The position numbers were made by a program, and so were the translations under genes. DNA of 64,000 nucleotides from Pseudomonadota bacterium (lineage in GTDB: Bacteria > Pseudomonadota > Alphaproteobacteria > Sphingomonadales > CAKZYD01), in contig JBMOOS010000015.1 in assembly GCA_049324415.1 (NCBI GenBank), positions 12,491-76,490 of the forward strand, read 5' to 3'. Shown here piece after piece: positions 1 through 9,638 of this stretch (the first letter of the stretch is position 1; every line of letters starts with the position of its first letter). A model generated the notes under the pieces. The model had not been told where the DNA came from. It saw only the letters and a list, made by a program, of their open reading frames with translations, and did not search any database.

Positions 1-43
1 CTGTCGGTGGTGCGGATCGCGGCCGCCACCCGTGATTGGTATG

Positions 44-66
44 AAAAGGGCGCTCTTCGGAGAGCG
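44..66 (-). terminator. possible rho-independent terminator downstream of the 98..622 ORF
   Basis: 6-bp stem CGCTCT(51-56)/AGAGCG(61-66) with a 4-nt loop. On the minus strand it is followed by CCCTTTT (plus 44-50). Confidence 0.3.
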
Positions 67-97
67 GCGCAAAAAGCCACTGCCGGAAAATCCCTTT

Positions 98-622
98 TTA
101 GTGAGGGTCGAGGCTGAGAATTGGTCGATAGATGCGCAGATTAACCCCCAGTTCCTCGCCTTGGCCGGCGAAATCCATGGCCGAAGGGGCAAAGGGCGGG
201 GCGCTGATGGTGCGCCGGTCGCCAAGACAAATGAAGGTCCCGGGAATGGCGATGCCGGGAATGAGGAAATGGCAGCGAAAGGGGTCGTTGGCGGGAAGGC
301 CAAGGTCAACCTGATAGAAATCATCGGAGGGGAGGGAGAAGCCTTTTTTCTCCCGCATTAAAACGCCGCTGGCGATGGCGTCGTCAAGGCCCGGCGCCCA
401 TTTCGAAGTGAGGCCATAGCTGCGCCGCATCCACTCGGCATAGCTCATCGCCTGGCCATCGCCCATATCGATGAAGGCGCGCTCGAAACTTTCGATGGGG
501 TAAGGCTTTTCCGGCTCCTGGGGGGGAAGGCCGATAGTGACTTCTTCCTCCTGGGCAAGGACGGGCGACGGCGCTAAAACGAGGAAGATGGCAAGGCAAA
601 GGCGTCGGGTTTGCCGTTCCAT
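98..622 (-). CDS. hypothetical exported protein (N-terminal signal peptide)
   Basis: 174-aa ORF. The N-terminus MERQTRRLCLAIFLVLAPSPVLAQ looks like a Sec signal peptide. No family recognised by eye. Confidence 0.5.
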   Translation of the reverse strand: MERQTRRLCLAIFLVLAPSPVLAQEEEVTIGLPPQEPEKPYPIESFERAFIDMGDGQAMSYAEWMRRSYGLTSKWAPGLDDAIASGVLMREKKGFSLPSDDFYQVDLGLPANDPFRCHFLIPGIAIPGTFICLGDRRTISAPPFAPSAMDFAGQGEELGVNLRIYRPILSLDPH

Positions 623-827
623 GAGCCTTTCTGCCTGTAAGTCCGCGCCCCGTCATTGCGGGCGGCGACTATGGCCACAATATGACTGCGGCAAGGCATG
701 CCTGCTTGGGTGGCCACGCGGCGTTCATCGCCATGGCCGGACGCGACCTCGTCATAACCCGCTGGCGTGGCCGCGCCGCAATCGTTAAATAGCGCCGGGG
801 AGCAGGGAAAGGACTTTGAGCATCGCC

Positions 828-1184
828 ATGAAAATTACCCAAGCTTTCAGCTTTGAAGCAGCGCATCGGCTTCCCAACGTGCCGACGACCCACCGTTGCC
901 ATGGCATGCACGGGCATTCCTACCGCGTTGAACTGACGCTCGATGGACCCGTCGATGCCAGAACCGGCTTCGTCGTCGATTTTTTCGACGTGGAAAAGGC
1001 CTTCGCCCCCTTATTGGCGCAGCTCGACCATAAGTGCCTCAACGATGTCGCGGAGCTTGATAACCCTACTGCCGAGCTTATCGCCCTGTGGATTTGGCGC
1101 CGCGCCAAGCCGGCCTTGCCGCAGCTTGCAGCGGTCAAGGTCTATGAAACCGCCGACTGCTGGGCGGACTATGATGGCAGCTAG
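828..1184 (+). CDS. queD: 6-carboxy-5,6,7,8-tetrahydropterin synthase (QueD/PTPS family)
   Basis: MKITQAFSFEAAHRLPNVP..HRCHGMHGHSY fits the QueD/PTPS pattern. ATG 828 is preferred over the in-frame TTG 816, with GGGAAAGG upstream. Stop TAG at 1182-1184. Confidence 0.85.
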   Translation: MKITQAFSFEAAHRLPNVPTTHRCHGMHGHSYRVELTLDGPVDARTGFVVDFFDVEKAFAPLLAQLDHKCLNDVAELDNPTAELIALWIWRRAKPALPQLAAVKVYETADCWADYDGS

Positions 1185-1370
1185 TGGTCCGCCCCAAACG
1201 GATAAATCCATCCGTTTGGGAAAAGTGGACCACTTAAGTTATTGAATCTGTGGTGCGATTCCGCCAATTCATTTCCGAATTGTCGGGCCGAGCCACGCGC
1301 AAATCCAATATATTGTGGTGAAAATCAAACATGATGAATGGGGTCCCAAGCGTTTGATTTTCGCCACTAG
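1181..1370 (+). repeat. extended (190-bp) variant of the CTAGTGGT...ACCACTAG double-hairpin intergenic element
   Basis: The first ~80 nt match the 121-nt copies (hairpin A, linker TAAGTTATTGAATCT, GTGGTGCGATT). The interior of module B is replaced by two other hairpins (GCCAATTC/GAATTGTC and GTGGTGAAAATCAAAC/GTTTGATTTTCGCCAC). It ends in CCACTAG. Confidence 0.85.
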
Positions 1371-2299
1371 TCAAACAGGCTGGAGACCGAGCTTTCATCG
1401 GCGATGCGGTGGATCGCCTCGCCAAACAGCGGCGCGATGGTGAGCTGGCGGATTTTTTCTGAAACCCGCACCGCTTCGGTGGCCATGATGGAATCGGTGG
1501 TGGCGAGCGAGGTCAATTGCGAGGCGCCGACCCGGGCGACCGCGCCGCCCGACAAAACCCCATGGGTGACATAGGCGGAGACGTCCCTGGCCCCCTTGTT
1601 CATCAAGGCGTTGGCGGCGTTGCACAAGGTGCCGGCGGAATCGACGATGTCATCGACCAGGATGCAGCTATGGCCCTCGACCTCGCCGATGACGTTCATC
1701 ACTTCCGATTCGCCGGCCAGCTCGCGCCGCTTGTCGATGATGGCGAGCGGCACCCCCAAGCGCTTGGCGATGGCCCGCGCCCGCACCACGCCGCCGACAT
1801 CGGGCGAGACAATCATCAGATTGGCAAGGTCATAGCGTTCCTTGATGTCGCGCACGGTGACCGGCGCGGCATAGAGATTGTCCGTCGGGATATCGAAAAA
1901 GCCCTGGATCTGCCCGGCGTGCAAATCCATGGTCAGCACCCGGTTGGCCCCCGCGGTGGTGATGAGATTGGCCACCAGCTTGGCCGAGATGGGGGTGCGC
2001 GGGCCGGGCTTGCGGTCCTGCCGGGCATAGCCGAAATAGGGGATGACGGCGGTGATTCGCTTGGCCGAGGCGCGGCGCAGCGCATCGATGCAAACCAGCA
2101 GCTCCATCACATTGTCATTGGCCGGATGCGAGGTGGACTGGACCAGAAAAACGTCCTCGCCGCGCACATTCTCGTGGATCTCGACAAACACCTCGCCGTC
2201 GGAGAAGCGCCGCAGCGAGGCTTTCGTCAGCGGCAGGTTGAGATAGGCGGCAATCGCTTGCGCCAGCGGGGGATTGGAATTGCCCGCGACCAGTTTCAT
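1367..2299 (-). CDS. prs: ribose-phosphate pyrophosphokinase
   Basis: [20 protein letters not shown] start, [11 protein letters not shown], and the PRPP loop [15 protein letters not shown] 2299 was chosen; the 23 upstream codons of the track ORF look non-coding. Confidence 0.95.
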   Translation of the reverse strand: MKLVAGNSNPPLAQAIAAYLNLPLTKASLRRFSDGEVFVEIHENVRGEDVFLVQSTSHPANDNVMELLVCIDALRRASAKRITAVIPYFGYARQDRKPGPRTPISAKLVANLITTAGANRVLTMDLHAGQIQGFFDIPTDNLYAAPVTVRDIKERYDLANLMIVSPDVGGVVRARAIAKRLGVPLAIIDKRRELAGESEVMNVIGEVEGHSCILVDDIVDSAGTLCNAANALMNKGARDVSAYVTHGVLSGGAVARVGASQLTSLATTDSIMATEAVRVSEKIRQLTIAPLFGEAIHRIADESSVSSLFD

Positions 2300-2416
2300 G
2301 CTCCGCAACCTCCCTTGACCTTGGTTCTCACGATGTGAACAGCTCCCGCGCGGCGGCACGGCGGGCACTCCATATCAATGGCGAAGGGGCCTTGTAAACC
2401 GGCAAGCGCAAGCGCG

Positions 2417-3199
2417 CTACTGCAGGAGCATGATGGCGGCGATTTGCCGGCCATAATCCTTCTCGCCGCGATGGCTGGCGCGGCGGTAGGAGAAGAAGCG
2501 ATCCTCCTCGCCATAGGTGTCGTGGCCAAGGGCGTCCACCTGGTCGATCCCGGCCGCGGCAAGCTGTGTCGCCACCATCTCGGCCAAGGCGAAATGCCAT
2601 TTGTCTTTCTTGCCGGCCGGAGTGAAATGCCGCGCCGCGCCCGCCTCGGCGGCGAGATAAGCCTGGCGCAGCTCATCGCCCACCTCGTAGGAAGCCTGGG
2701 CGATGCACGGTCCGATGGCGGCGCGCATGCGGGAAGGCGCGGCTCCCAGGCCGGCCATGCACGCGACGGTGGCGGCGATGACGCCATCAAGCGTGCCACG
2801 CCAGCCGCAATGGGCGGCGCCGATGACCCCGGCATGGGTGTCGGCGAGCAATACCGGCGCGCAGTCGGCGGTGAGGATGCCGAGGGCAAGGCCGGGCGTT
2901 CTTGTCGCCATGCCATCGGCCTTGGGGCTTTTGCCGGCGGGAAAGGGCGCATCGAGCGCCACCGCCGTGGCGCTATGGGTCTGGAAAAGGGTGACAAGAT
3001 GCCGGGCGCCCAGACGGCGGGCGACCCGGGCGCGGTTTTCCGCCACCAATGCCGGGTCATCGCCCGAGCCTGCCCCTGCGTTCAAGCTGGCGTAAAGCCC
3101 GCGCGAGACGCCGCCGCGCCGGCCGAAAAAGCCATGGCGCAGCGAGGGCGCGGCAAGCAGGGGGGAAGGGATGTCATCGGGGGTCGTCATGAAAGACAT
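2417..3199 (-). CDS. pgeF: YfiH/PgeF family (DUF152) purine nucleoside phosphorylase / peptidoglycan editing factor
   Basis: Motifs LRHGFFGRRGGVS, TADCAPVL and AHCGWRG. The start is ambiguous (GTG 3223, ATG 3199, ATG 3190). Confidence 0.85.
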   Translation of the reverse strand: MSFMTTPDDIPSPLLAAPSLRHGFFGRRGGVSRGLYASLNAGAGSGDDPALVAENRARVARRLGARHLVTLFQTHSATAVALDAPFPAGKSPKADGMATRTPGLALGILTADCAPVLLADTHAGVIGAAHCGWRGTLDGVIAATVACMAGLGAAPSRMRAAIGPCIAQASYEVGDELRQAYLAAEAGAARHFTPAGKKDKWHFALAEMVATQLAAAGIDQVDALGHDTYGEEDRFFSYRRASHRGEKDYGRQIAAIMLLQ

Positions 3200-3257
3200 T
3201 CTTAACCTTTTTGCCCGTCGCACATCAAAAACTGTTGCCCTTATGCAACGCAGCGCT

Positions 3258-4334
3258 TCAAGAAAAACCGGCAGGCCAAGGCATGTCCCGACCAGTCAAT
3301 GCCAACACCTTGAAAAGCTGGCCCATCGCCTGGCCCTCGACAAGGCGGGCGCATGCCGCCTCAATGGCGGCGCGCTGTTGCGGCGTGGCCCCGGCTGTGA
3401 GCCGCTCAGCGCGCTCAGCAATGCCCAAGGCAGCGAGAAAAGCGCCCTGGGCGACCGGGCCGTGCGTCATCGCGCCCCCCTTGCGTGCCGCCAGGGCAAG
3501 GGCGGCGAAGTCCACATGGGCGGTCAGGTCAGCCTCGCCCGGCGCCGCGAAGGGGTCGGCAAAGCCATGGCCCTTGACCGCTTGCAAGGTCTCGCCATGG
3601 CCGGAGGCCGCATGGCCATAGTCGATGATGAGGGCCGCCCCGCCCTGGGTTGCCAGGCGCGCGCCAAGGTCGTGGGCGAGGGCCAGGCCGGCGGGGCAGG
3701 TTTCGAACACCGCGCCTTCGGGGCCTGCGCGCAGGTCCGGGGGAACCAGGGCGCTGAGATCAGCGCTTGCCGTCTCGATGCAGGGGGCGAGGCGTTCCCC
3801 GGTGCCGTCAAGCCCCACCATGCGCTCGCGCCAGGCGCCTCGGTGCCTGACCAATTGGCGCACTGGCAAGGCGTCGAAAAACTCATTGGCGATGACGAAG
3901 GCAAAACCTTGCGGCACATCGGCGAGGCGATCGTGCCACTGGGCGTCCGGCACCAGCCCAGCCTGGCGGGCGCGCAACACCGGGCTGGTCTCGACGAAAT
4001 GGACGCTGGTGGCGGCGTAGAGCCTAGGCAGGAGGGCCAGCGCCCTCAAGGCATCGGCCATCAAGGTGCCGCGCCCCGGGCCCAATTCCACCAGCATGAC
4101 AGTCTCGGGCATGCCGGCGCGTTGCCACAGATCGGCGCACCACAGGCCGATGAGCTCGCCAAACATCTGGCTTATCTCCGGCGCGGTGGTGAAATCGCCT
4201 TGCGCGCCCAGGGGATCGCGGGTCTGGTAATAGCCATGAACGGGGTGGCCGAGGGCTTCCGCCATATAGCGGGCGATGGTGATGGGGCCGCGCACGGCGA
4301 TGCGCTGGATGAGCGTGCGCGCCAGCGGCGTCAT
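3258..4334 (-). CDS. class I SAM-dependent methyltransferase, MidA/NDUFAF7 (DUF185) family
   Basis: Motifs FTTAPEISQMFGELIG, LVELGPGRGTLMAD and ANEFFDALP. ATG 4332-4334 overlaps the lgt stop (ATGA). The 537-aa track ORF runs on into lgt in another frame. Confidence 0.85.
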   Translation of the reverse strand: MTPLARTLIQRIAVRGPITIARYMAEALGHPVHGYYQTRDPLGAQGDFTTAPEISQMFGELIGLWCADLWQRAGMPETVMLVELGPGRGTLMADALRALALLPRLYAATSVHFVETSPVLRARQAGLVPDAQWHDRLADVPQGFAFVIANEFFDALPVRQLVRHRGAWRERMVGLDGTGERLAPCIETASADLSALVPPDLRAGPEGAVFETCPAGLALAHDLGARLATQGGAALIIDYGHAASGHGETLQAVKGHGFADPFAAPGEADLTAHVDFAALALAARKGGAMTHGPVAQGAFLAALGIAERAERLTAGATPQQRAAIEAACARLVEGQAMGQLFKVLALTGRDMPWPAGFS

Positions 4335-5221
4335 GCCGCCGTCTGTCGCGGCGCCTTCGGGCGCGTGCGCCAGCCATAGGCCATCAACGCCAGCCCCAAC
4401 AGGATGAGGGGCAGCGATAGTGACTGGCCCATGGTGAGCCCGGTGGAAAGGATGCCAAGCTGGGCATCGGGCTCGCGCACCTGCTCGACCAGCACCCGGG
4501 CAAGGCCATAGCCGGCGGTGAAAACACCGGTGAGAAAGCCGGGCCAGAGGCGGGTGCGGGTATAGCGGAACAACAGCCACAGGATGAGGAACAAAACCAC
4601 CCCTTCGAGCGCGGCCTCGTAAAGTTGGCTGGGGTGGCGGGGCTCGCCGTCGCTCGCTGGAAAGACCATCGCCCAGGGAACGTCGGTCACCCGGCCGTAA
4701 AGCTCGCCATTGACGAAATTGGCGAGCCGGCCAAGGAAAAGACCGATGGGCACGGCGCAGGCGATGGTGTCGGCAAAGCGCAGGATGGAAAGCTTGTGAT
4801 AGCGGCAGAAAAGGATGAGCGCGAGGGTGACCCCGGCAAGCCCGCCATGGAAGGACATGCCGCCTTCCCATAATCGCAAAATCGCCGCGGGCTGCTCGAT
4901 ATAGACCGCGAAATTGTAAAACAGGACATAGCCCAACCGGCCGCCGAGGATGACCCCAAGGGTCGCCCAGAACAGAAAATCATCGGCATGGCGCCGCGCC
5001 ATCGGCGGGTTGGGAAAGCCGATGAGGTAAATCACATAGCGCCAGCCAAGGATAAGGCCGACGATATAGGCAAGGGCATACCAGCGCAGGGCGAAAGGAC
5101 CGATTTCCAGTCCGAAAAGCGAAAAGGCCGGGATGGTGAAAATGTCCGGCCCGATGTCGGGATAGGGTATTGCCACCTCTAGAAGAGGGGAAAGATATTG
5201 GGCGATGAACGCAGCGAGCAT
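4331..5221 (-). CDS. lgt: prolipoprotein diacylglyceryl transferase
   Basis: 296-aa polytopic membrane protein with SFHGGLAG and GRLANFVNGELYGR motifs. Confidence 0.93.
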   Translation of the reverse strand: MLAAFIAQYLSPLLEVAIPYPDIGPDIFTIPAFSLFGLEIGPFALRWYALAYIVGLILGWRYVIYLIGFPNPPMARRHADDFLFWATLGVILGGRLGYVLFYNFAVYIEQPAAILRLWEGGMSFHGGLAGVTLALILFCRYHKLSILRFADTIACAVPIGLFLGRLANFVNGELYGRVTDVPWAMVFPASDGEPRHPSQLYEAALEGVVLFLILWLLFRYTRTRLWPGFLTGVFTAGYGLARVLVEQVREPDAQLGILSTGLTMGQSLSLPLILLGLALMAYGWRTRPKAPRQTAA

Positions 5222-5308
5222 AACGGCTCCTCATTGCGGGCAGGGCCCGATCATCGGGATGGCGGGGGCGCTGTCAAGCCACCCCGCGCGGGCGGCGTGA
5301 GAATGCCT

Positions 5309-6085
5309 TCAGCGCCGCAGCACGTCCATCACGATCGGGCCCTCGGCGCGGCCATGGATGAACTGATCGACATGGGCGTTGCCCGACTGGTCGATGTGCG
5401 AACGGGGGCCATGCCAGATGATCTTGCCCTTGTACAGCATGGCGACATGATCGGCGATCTTGCGCACCGAGGACATGTCGTGGGTGATGGTGATGGTGGT
5501 GGCCCCCAAATCCTTCACCCGCTCGACGATGAGCTCGTTGATGACATCGGCCATGATCGGGTCAAGCCCGGTGGTCGGCTCATCGAAAAAGATGATCTCC
5601 GGCTTGGCGGCGATGGCCCGGGCAAGGCCGACCCGTTTTTGCATGCCGCCCGAGAGTTCCGCGGGGTAAAGATCGGCGACATCGGCGCCAAGGCCCACCC
5701 GGCCCAGCATGTCGATGGCGATGGCGCGCGCTTCTTTCGCCTTCATGTGCCGGGCCTCGATCAGGCCGAAGGCGACATTGCGCCAGACCGGCAAGGAATC
5801 GAACAAGGCGCCGCCTTGAAACAACATGCCGAATTTGCGCAGGAAAGCCTGGCGCCGGGCGCCACGCAAGCCCACGGCGTTTCCACCATCGACGGTGATG
5901 GCGCCGCCATCGGGCCGCAAAATGCCGAGAATGCATTTGATCAGCACTGACTTTCCGGTGCCCGAACCGCCGATGACCACCAGGGACTGGCCTTCCTTGA
6001 CGGCAAGGTCGATGCCGTCGAGCACCAGCTTGGGGCCAAACCGCTTGGTCACGCCCTTGAGGGCGATTTTGTCCGTCCCGCTCAT
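5309..6085 (-). CDS. ABC transporter ATP-binding protein (MlaF-like)
   Basis: Walker A GGSGTGKS, signature LSGGMQKRVGLARA, Walker B IIFFDEPTTGLD. ATG 6083-6085 overlaps the permease stop (ATGA). Confidence 0.9.
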   Translation of the reverse strand: MSGTDKIALKGVTKRFGPKLVLDGIDLAVKEGQSLVVIGGSGTGKSVLIKCILGILRPDGGAITVDGGNAVGLRGARRQAFLRKFGMLFQGGALFDSLPVWRNVAFGLIEARHMKAKEARAIAIDMLGRVGLGADVADLYPAELSGGMQKRVGLARAIAAKPEIIFFDEPTTGLDPIMADVINELIVERVKDLGATTITITHDMSSVRKIADHVAMLYKGKIIWHGPRSHIDQSGNAHVDQFIHGRAEGPIVMDVLRR

Positions 6086-6855
6086 TCGCCGAATACCAAA
6101 ACCGTGATGACGAGGTTGGCGAGAAGGATGAGGATGAAGGCCGAGACCACGGCGTCGGTGGTCGCCCGGCCGACCCCTTGCGCGCCGCCTTGCGATGAAA
6201 AGCCGTGGAAGCAGCCCATGAGGGCGATGATGAAGCCGAAGACGCCGGCTTTCACCATGGACGAGATGACGTCGCTCTGTTCGAGAAAATCCATGGTGAT
6301 CTTCAAATAGGTGGCGGCGTTGAAGCCGAGCCGCTCGGTGCCGATGAGAAAGCCGCCAAAGACGCCGATCACATTGGCGACGATGACGAGCAGCGGCAAC
6401 ACCGCGATGGCGGCGAGGAGGCGGGGCACGATGAGATATTTGAACGGCTCGGTGGACAAGGTGACCATGGCGTCGATCTGCTCGGTCACCCGCATGGTGC
6501 CGAGCTCCGCCGCCATCGCCGAGGAGACGCGCCCCGCCACCATCAGCCCGCCCAGCACCGGGCCCAGCTCGCGCACGATGGCGATGACGACGACGCCGGC
6601 GACCGTGCTCTCGGCGTTGAAGCGCACCGAGCCGACATAGATCTGCTGGGCCAGCGCGGCGCCGGTGAAAAGCGCCGTCAAGCCGACGACGGGGAGCGAG
6701 AAATAGCCGATGGACAGCATCTGCTGGCCGATAAGGCGCAGGTAAAGCGGCGGGCGCACGACATGGCTGAGCGCCGTCGCGGTAAAGGCGGCGAGCCGGC
6801 CGACGGCGGCGAGAAAGGCAAGGGTCGCGGCGCCGATAAGAGTGAAAAAATTCAT
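6082..6855 (-). CDS. ABC transporter permease (MlaE/YrbE-like)
   Basis: 257-aa multi-TM protein immediately upstream of, and overlapping, the ATPase gene. General MlaE-like sequence character. Confidence 0.85.
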   Translation of the reverse strand: MNFFTLIGAATLAFLAAVGRLAAFTATALSHVVRPPLYLRLIGQQMLSIGYFSLPVVGLTALFTGAALAQQIYVGSVRFNAESTVAGVVVIAIVRELGPVLGGLMVAGRVSSAMAAELGTMRVTEQIDAMVTLSTEPFKYLIVPRLLAAIAVLPLLVIVANVIGVFGGFLIGTERLGFNAATYLKITMDFLEQSDVISSMVKAGVFGFIIALMGCFHGFSSQGGAQGVGRATTDAVVSAFILILLANLVITVLVFGE

Positions 6856-7961
6856 CCCACACCCGCTTCATAAGGCTTATGGCGCCGCGCGACGCGCTGG
6901 CCCAACGCGGTGAGGAGTTGATAATTGCTCATGCCGCCCCTGGCTGCCACCTCATCGAGCCCCAGGCCTTCCCCCACCAGGGTGGCGGTCATGCCGGGGC
7001 TGACTTTGTCGCCGTCGATGGCGCTGACGTCAAGCGCCAAAAGGTCCATCGATATCTTGCCGATGACGGGAACCTGGGTGTCCGCGACGAGGGCGATCCC
7101 GCGATTGTCGAAGCCGGCGCCATAGCCATCGCCATAGCCCAGGGCGGCGATGGCGATACGGGTGGGCCCACGCGCCGTCCAGGTCGCGTCATAGCCCACC
7201 CTATCGCCGGCGTGCACGGCGCGGACCTGCAAAATCCGGGCCCTAAGGTCGATGACGTTGGCGATGTCCTCGACCGGCTGTGCAAAAGGGCTGCCGCCAT
7301 AAAGGCCGATGCCGGGGCGCGTCATGTGAAGATGATAGGGGGCGCCGAGAAAAACGCCGGCGGTGTTGGCAAGGCTTGCCGGCGCCTTGGGCAAGAGCGC
7401 CCGCAGCTCGTCGAACAGGCGGCCTTGCGTGGCGTTCATTTCGTGCTCCCCTTGCGCGCCGCAGGCAAGATGGCTCATCACCAGCTTGAGGTTGAGGCCG
7501 GCGAGCGCCTTTTCCCCCTCCGCGGCCAGCTTGCGGACTTGCGCGGGCGCAAGGCCCAGACGGTTGATCCCGGTATCGATATGGATGGCGGCGGGCAGGG
7601 CGCGGGCCAGCCGCGCCGCCGCGCTTGCCCAGGCGGCGATCTCGTCGGGAGCGTTGAGGACGGGGATAAGGTCATGGGCGAGGAAGTCGTCGCTCTCGCC
7701 GGCGGCAAGGCCGTTGAGGATGAAGATGTCGACCCCTGCGAGGATGGCGCGCAAGGCCGCCCCTTCGTCGAGATTGGCGACGAAAAAGGCGTCGCACCCT
7801 TGGGCGGCGAGGACTGGCGCGATTTTCTCCATGCCCAGGCCATAGGCATCGGCCTTGACCGTGGCGCCGCAGCGGGCGGGCGACGACCGCGCCGCAAGCC
7901 GGCGGTAATTGGCGGCGATGGCCGCGAGGTCGACGGTGAGAACGCAGAGGGGTTCGGTCAT
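6852..7961 (-). CDS. alr: alanine racemase
   Basis: PLP-lysine motif VKADAYGLG. 369 aa. 4-nt overlap with the downstream permease gene. Confidence 0.9.
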   Translation of the reverse strand: MTEPLCVLTVDLAAIAANYRRLAARSSPARCGATVKADAYGLGMEKIAPVLAAQGCDAFFVANLDEGAALRAILAGVDIFILNGLAAGESDDFLAHDLIPVLNAPDEIAAWASAAARLARALPAAIHIDTGINRLGLAPAQVRKLAAEGEKALAGLNLKLVMSHLACGAQGEHEMNATQGRLFDELRALLPKAPASLANTAGVFLGAPYHLHMTRPGIGLYGGSPFAQPVEDIANVIDLRARILQVRAVHAGDRVGYDATWTARGPTRIAIAALGYGDGYGAGFDNRGIALVADTQVPVIGKISMDLLALDVSAIDGDKVSPGMTATLVGEGLGLDEVAARGGMSNYQLLTALGQRVARRHKPYEAGVG

Positions 7962-7976
7962 GCCGTGATCTTGGCT

Positions 7977-9494
7977 TTATAGCGTGCGCGCTGGCAGGTG
8001 ATCGCTATCGATCTCGCGATCGCCGAAGCTGGCGCTCGCCGCCTCGAAGGCGATCTGGATTTTGCGCGTCGCCCCATGGCGGTTCTTGGCGACGTCGATT
8101 TCCGCCTGGCCGCGCACTTCCTCCGACTTGATCTGCCAGTCGACATATTTTGGGGAATCCGGCGGTGGCTCGCGCCGGGCGTGATAATATTCCTCGCGGT
8201 AGACGAACATGACGATGTCGGCGTCCTGCTCGATCGAGCCGGATTCGCGCAAGTCGGAAAGCTGCGGCCGCTTGTCCTCGCGCGATTCCACCGAGCGGGA
8301 AAGCTGCGACAGGGCGAGCACCGGCACCCGCAAGGACTTGGCGATGCCCTTGAGGCCGCGGCTGATCTCGGAGATTTCCTGGACCCGGTTTTCCGGCACC
8401 CCGCCGCGCTGGGTGATGCTGCCTTGCAGAAGCTGCAGATAGTCAACGACGATGAGCCCCAGGCCATGGCGGCGATGCAGGCGGCGGGCGCGCGCCCGCA
8501 ATCCCGCGATGGACAGCCCTGGCGTGTCGTCGATGTAAAAGGGGAGATCCGACAATTCGCCGGCGGTGCGCGCCACCCGCTGGAATTCCTCATTGCCCAG
8601 GCGGCCCTTGCGCAAATCCTCGGTGCTCACCCTTGCCTGCTGCGAGAGGATGCGGGTCGCCAATTGGTCGGCCGACATTTCCAGCGAGAAGAAGCCGATG
8701 ACCGCGCCTTTCGATTCCTCGGGCTTGAGACCATCCAAAGTATCGCGGCGCAACACCTGGGCGGCGCGAAAGGCGATCGAGGTGGCAAGCGCGGTCTTGC
8801 CCATGCCGGGGCGCCCGGCAAGGATGACAAGGTCGCTGTCCTGCAGCCCGCCGAGCTTGAGGTCTAGCTCGCGGATGCCGGTGGTGCGCCCGGAAATGCC
8901 GTCCTGGCGGCGCGCCCGGTCGATGATGTGGACGGCCTCGCTCAAAGCCGCGGAAAAGGCCTTGAACCCGCCTTCCGCCTGGCGCCGGTTGGCCAGGTTG
9001 AAAAGGGCCTGCTCGGCCGCTTCGATCTGCTGGGTGGCGGGCGCGTCGAGATCGGCTTCATAGGCCTCGACCACCATGTCCTCGCCCAGCCGGATGAGCG
9101 CCCGGCGGTCATGGAGGTCGAGGATCAGCCGGCCATAGTCCTCGATATTGATGATGGTCGCCGCCGAGCCGGCAAGGCGCGCAAGATAGCCTTGCGCGCC
9201 GCCCACCTCGCGCAAGGCGGCGTCGGTCTCGAAATAGGGGCGTAAGGTGATGGGGGTCGCCGCCTGCAGCCGGTCGCGCAGCTTGACGATGGCCTCGTAG
9301 ATGCGGCCGTGAACCGGCTCGAAAAAATGATGCGCCTCGAGGAAAGGGAGGACCTTATCAAGGGCCTCGTTGTTGACCATGATGGCGCCAAGCAGCGCTT
9401 GCTCCGCCTCAAGATTATGCGGCGGCTGGCGATAGCCGGGGTCCTTGGCCTCGGCCTCGAGGTCGTTGGCGAAATCGGGTCGGCTGGCGCCCAT
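7977..9494 (-). CDS. dnaB: replicative DNA helicase DnaB
   Basis: PPHNLEAEQALLGAI N-domain, Walker A GRPGMGKTALA, FSLEMS, VVDYLQLL. The start is uncertain (ATG 9494 preferred; the ORF is open to 9563). Confidence 0.93.
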   Translation of the reverse strand: MGASRPDFANDLEAEAKDPGYRQPPHNLEAEQALLGAIMVNNEALDKVLPFLEAHHFFEPVHGRIYEAIVKLRDRLQAATPITLRPYFETDAALREVGGAQGYLARLAGSAATIINIEDYGRLILDLHDRRALIRLGEDMVVEAYEADLDAPATQQIEAAEQALFNLANRRQAEGGFKAFSAALSEAVHIIDRARRQDGISGRTTGIRELDLKLGGLQDSDLVILAGRPGMGKTALATSIAFRAAQVLRRDTLDGLKPEESKGAVIGFFSLEMSADQLATRILSQQARVSTEDLRKGRLGNEEFQRVARTAGELSDLPFYIDDTPGLSIAGLRARARRLHRRHGLGLIVVDYLQLLQGSITQRGGVPENRVQEISEISRGLKGIAKSLRVPVLALSQLSRSVESREDKRPQLSDLRESGSIEQDADIVMFVYREEYYHARREPPPDSPKYVDWQIKSEEVRGQAEIDVAKNRHGATRKIQIAFEAASASFGDREIDSDHLPARTL

Positions 9495-9638
9495 CGTTTT
9501 CCCACTTGGCTGCGGCCTGCCAGTATGCATGTTCCGCGCCCGAAGGCCACTGCCGGACGGCAAGAGGAATAAAATCAGCGGGCTTGCGGCGTTGCCGCCC
9601 GCCCGCTGAGGGACGAATCATGCGCCCTGGCCAAGCTT

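Noticed and set aside
32-361. 109-aa plus-strand ORF at the window start
   Set aside because: It is antisense to the better-supported 98..622 signal-peptide ORF and has a Gly/Lys/Arg-rich composition.
623-827. Possible preQ1 riboswitch upstream of queD
   Set aside because: I could find no preQ1-I or preQ1-II-like hairpin with an A-rich tail. The region looks like an ordinary divergent promoter spacer.
3258-4871. 537-aa ORF
   Set aside because: The N-terminal 178 aa overlaps lgt out of frame. The methyltransferase begins at ATG 4334.
5309-6871. 520-aa ORF suggesting a large fused protein
   Set aside because: Only the C-terminal 258 aa is the ABC ATPase. The upstream part reads the mlaE region in a wrong frame (Arg/His-rich). 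The real start is the ATG at 6085, which overlaps the permease stop.
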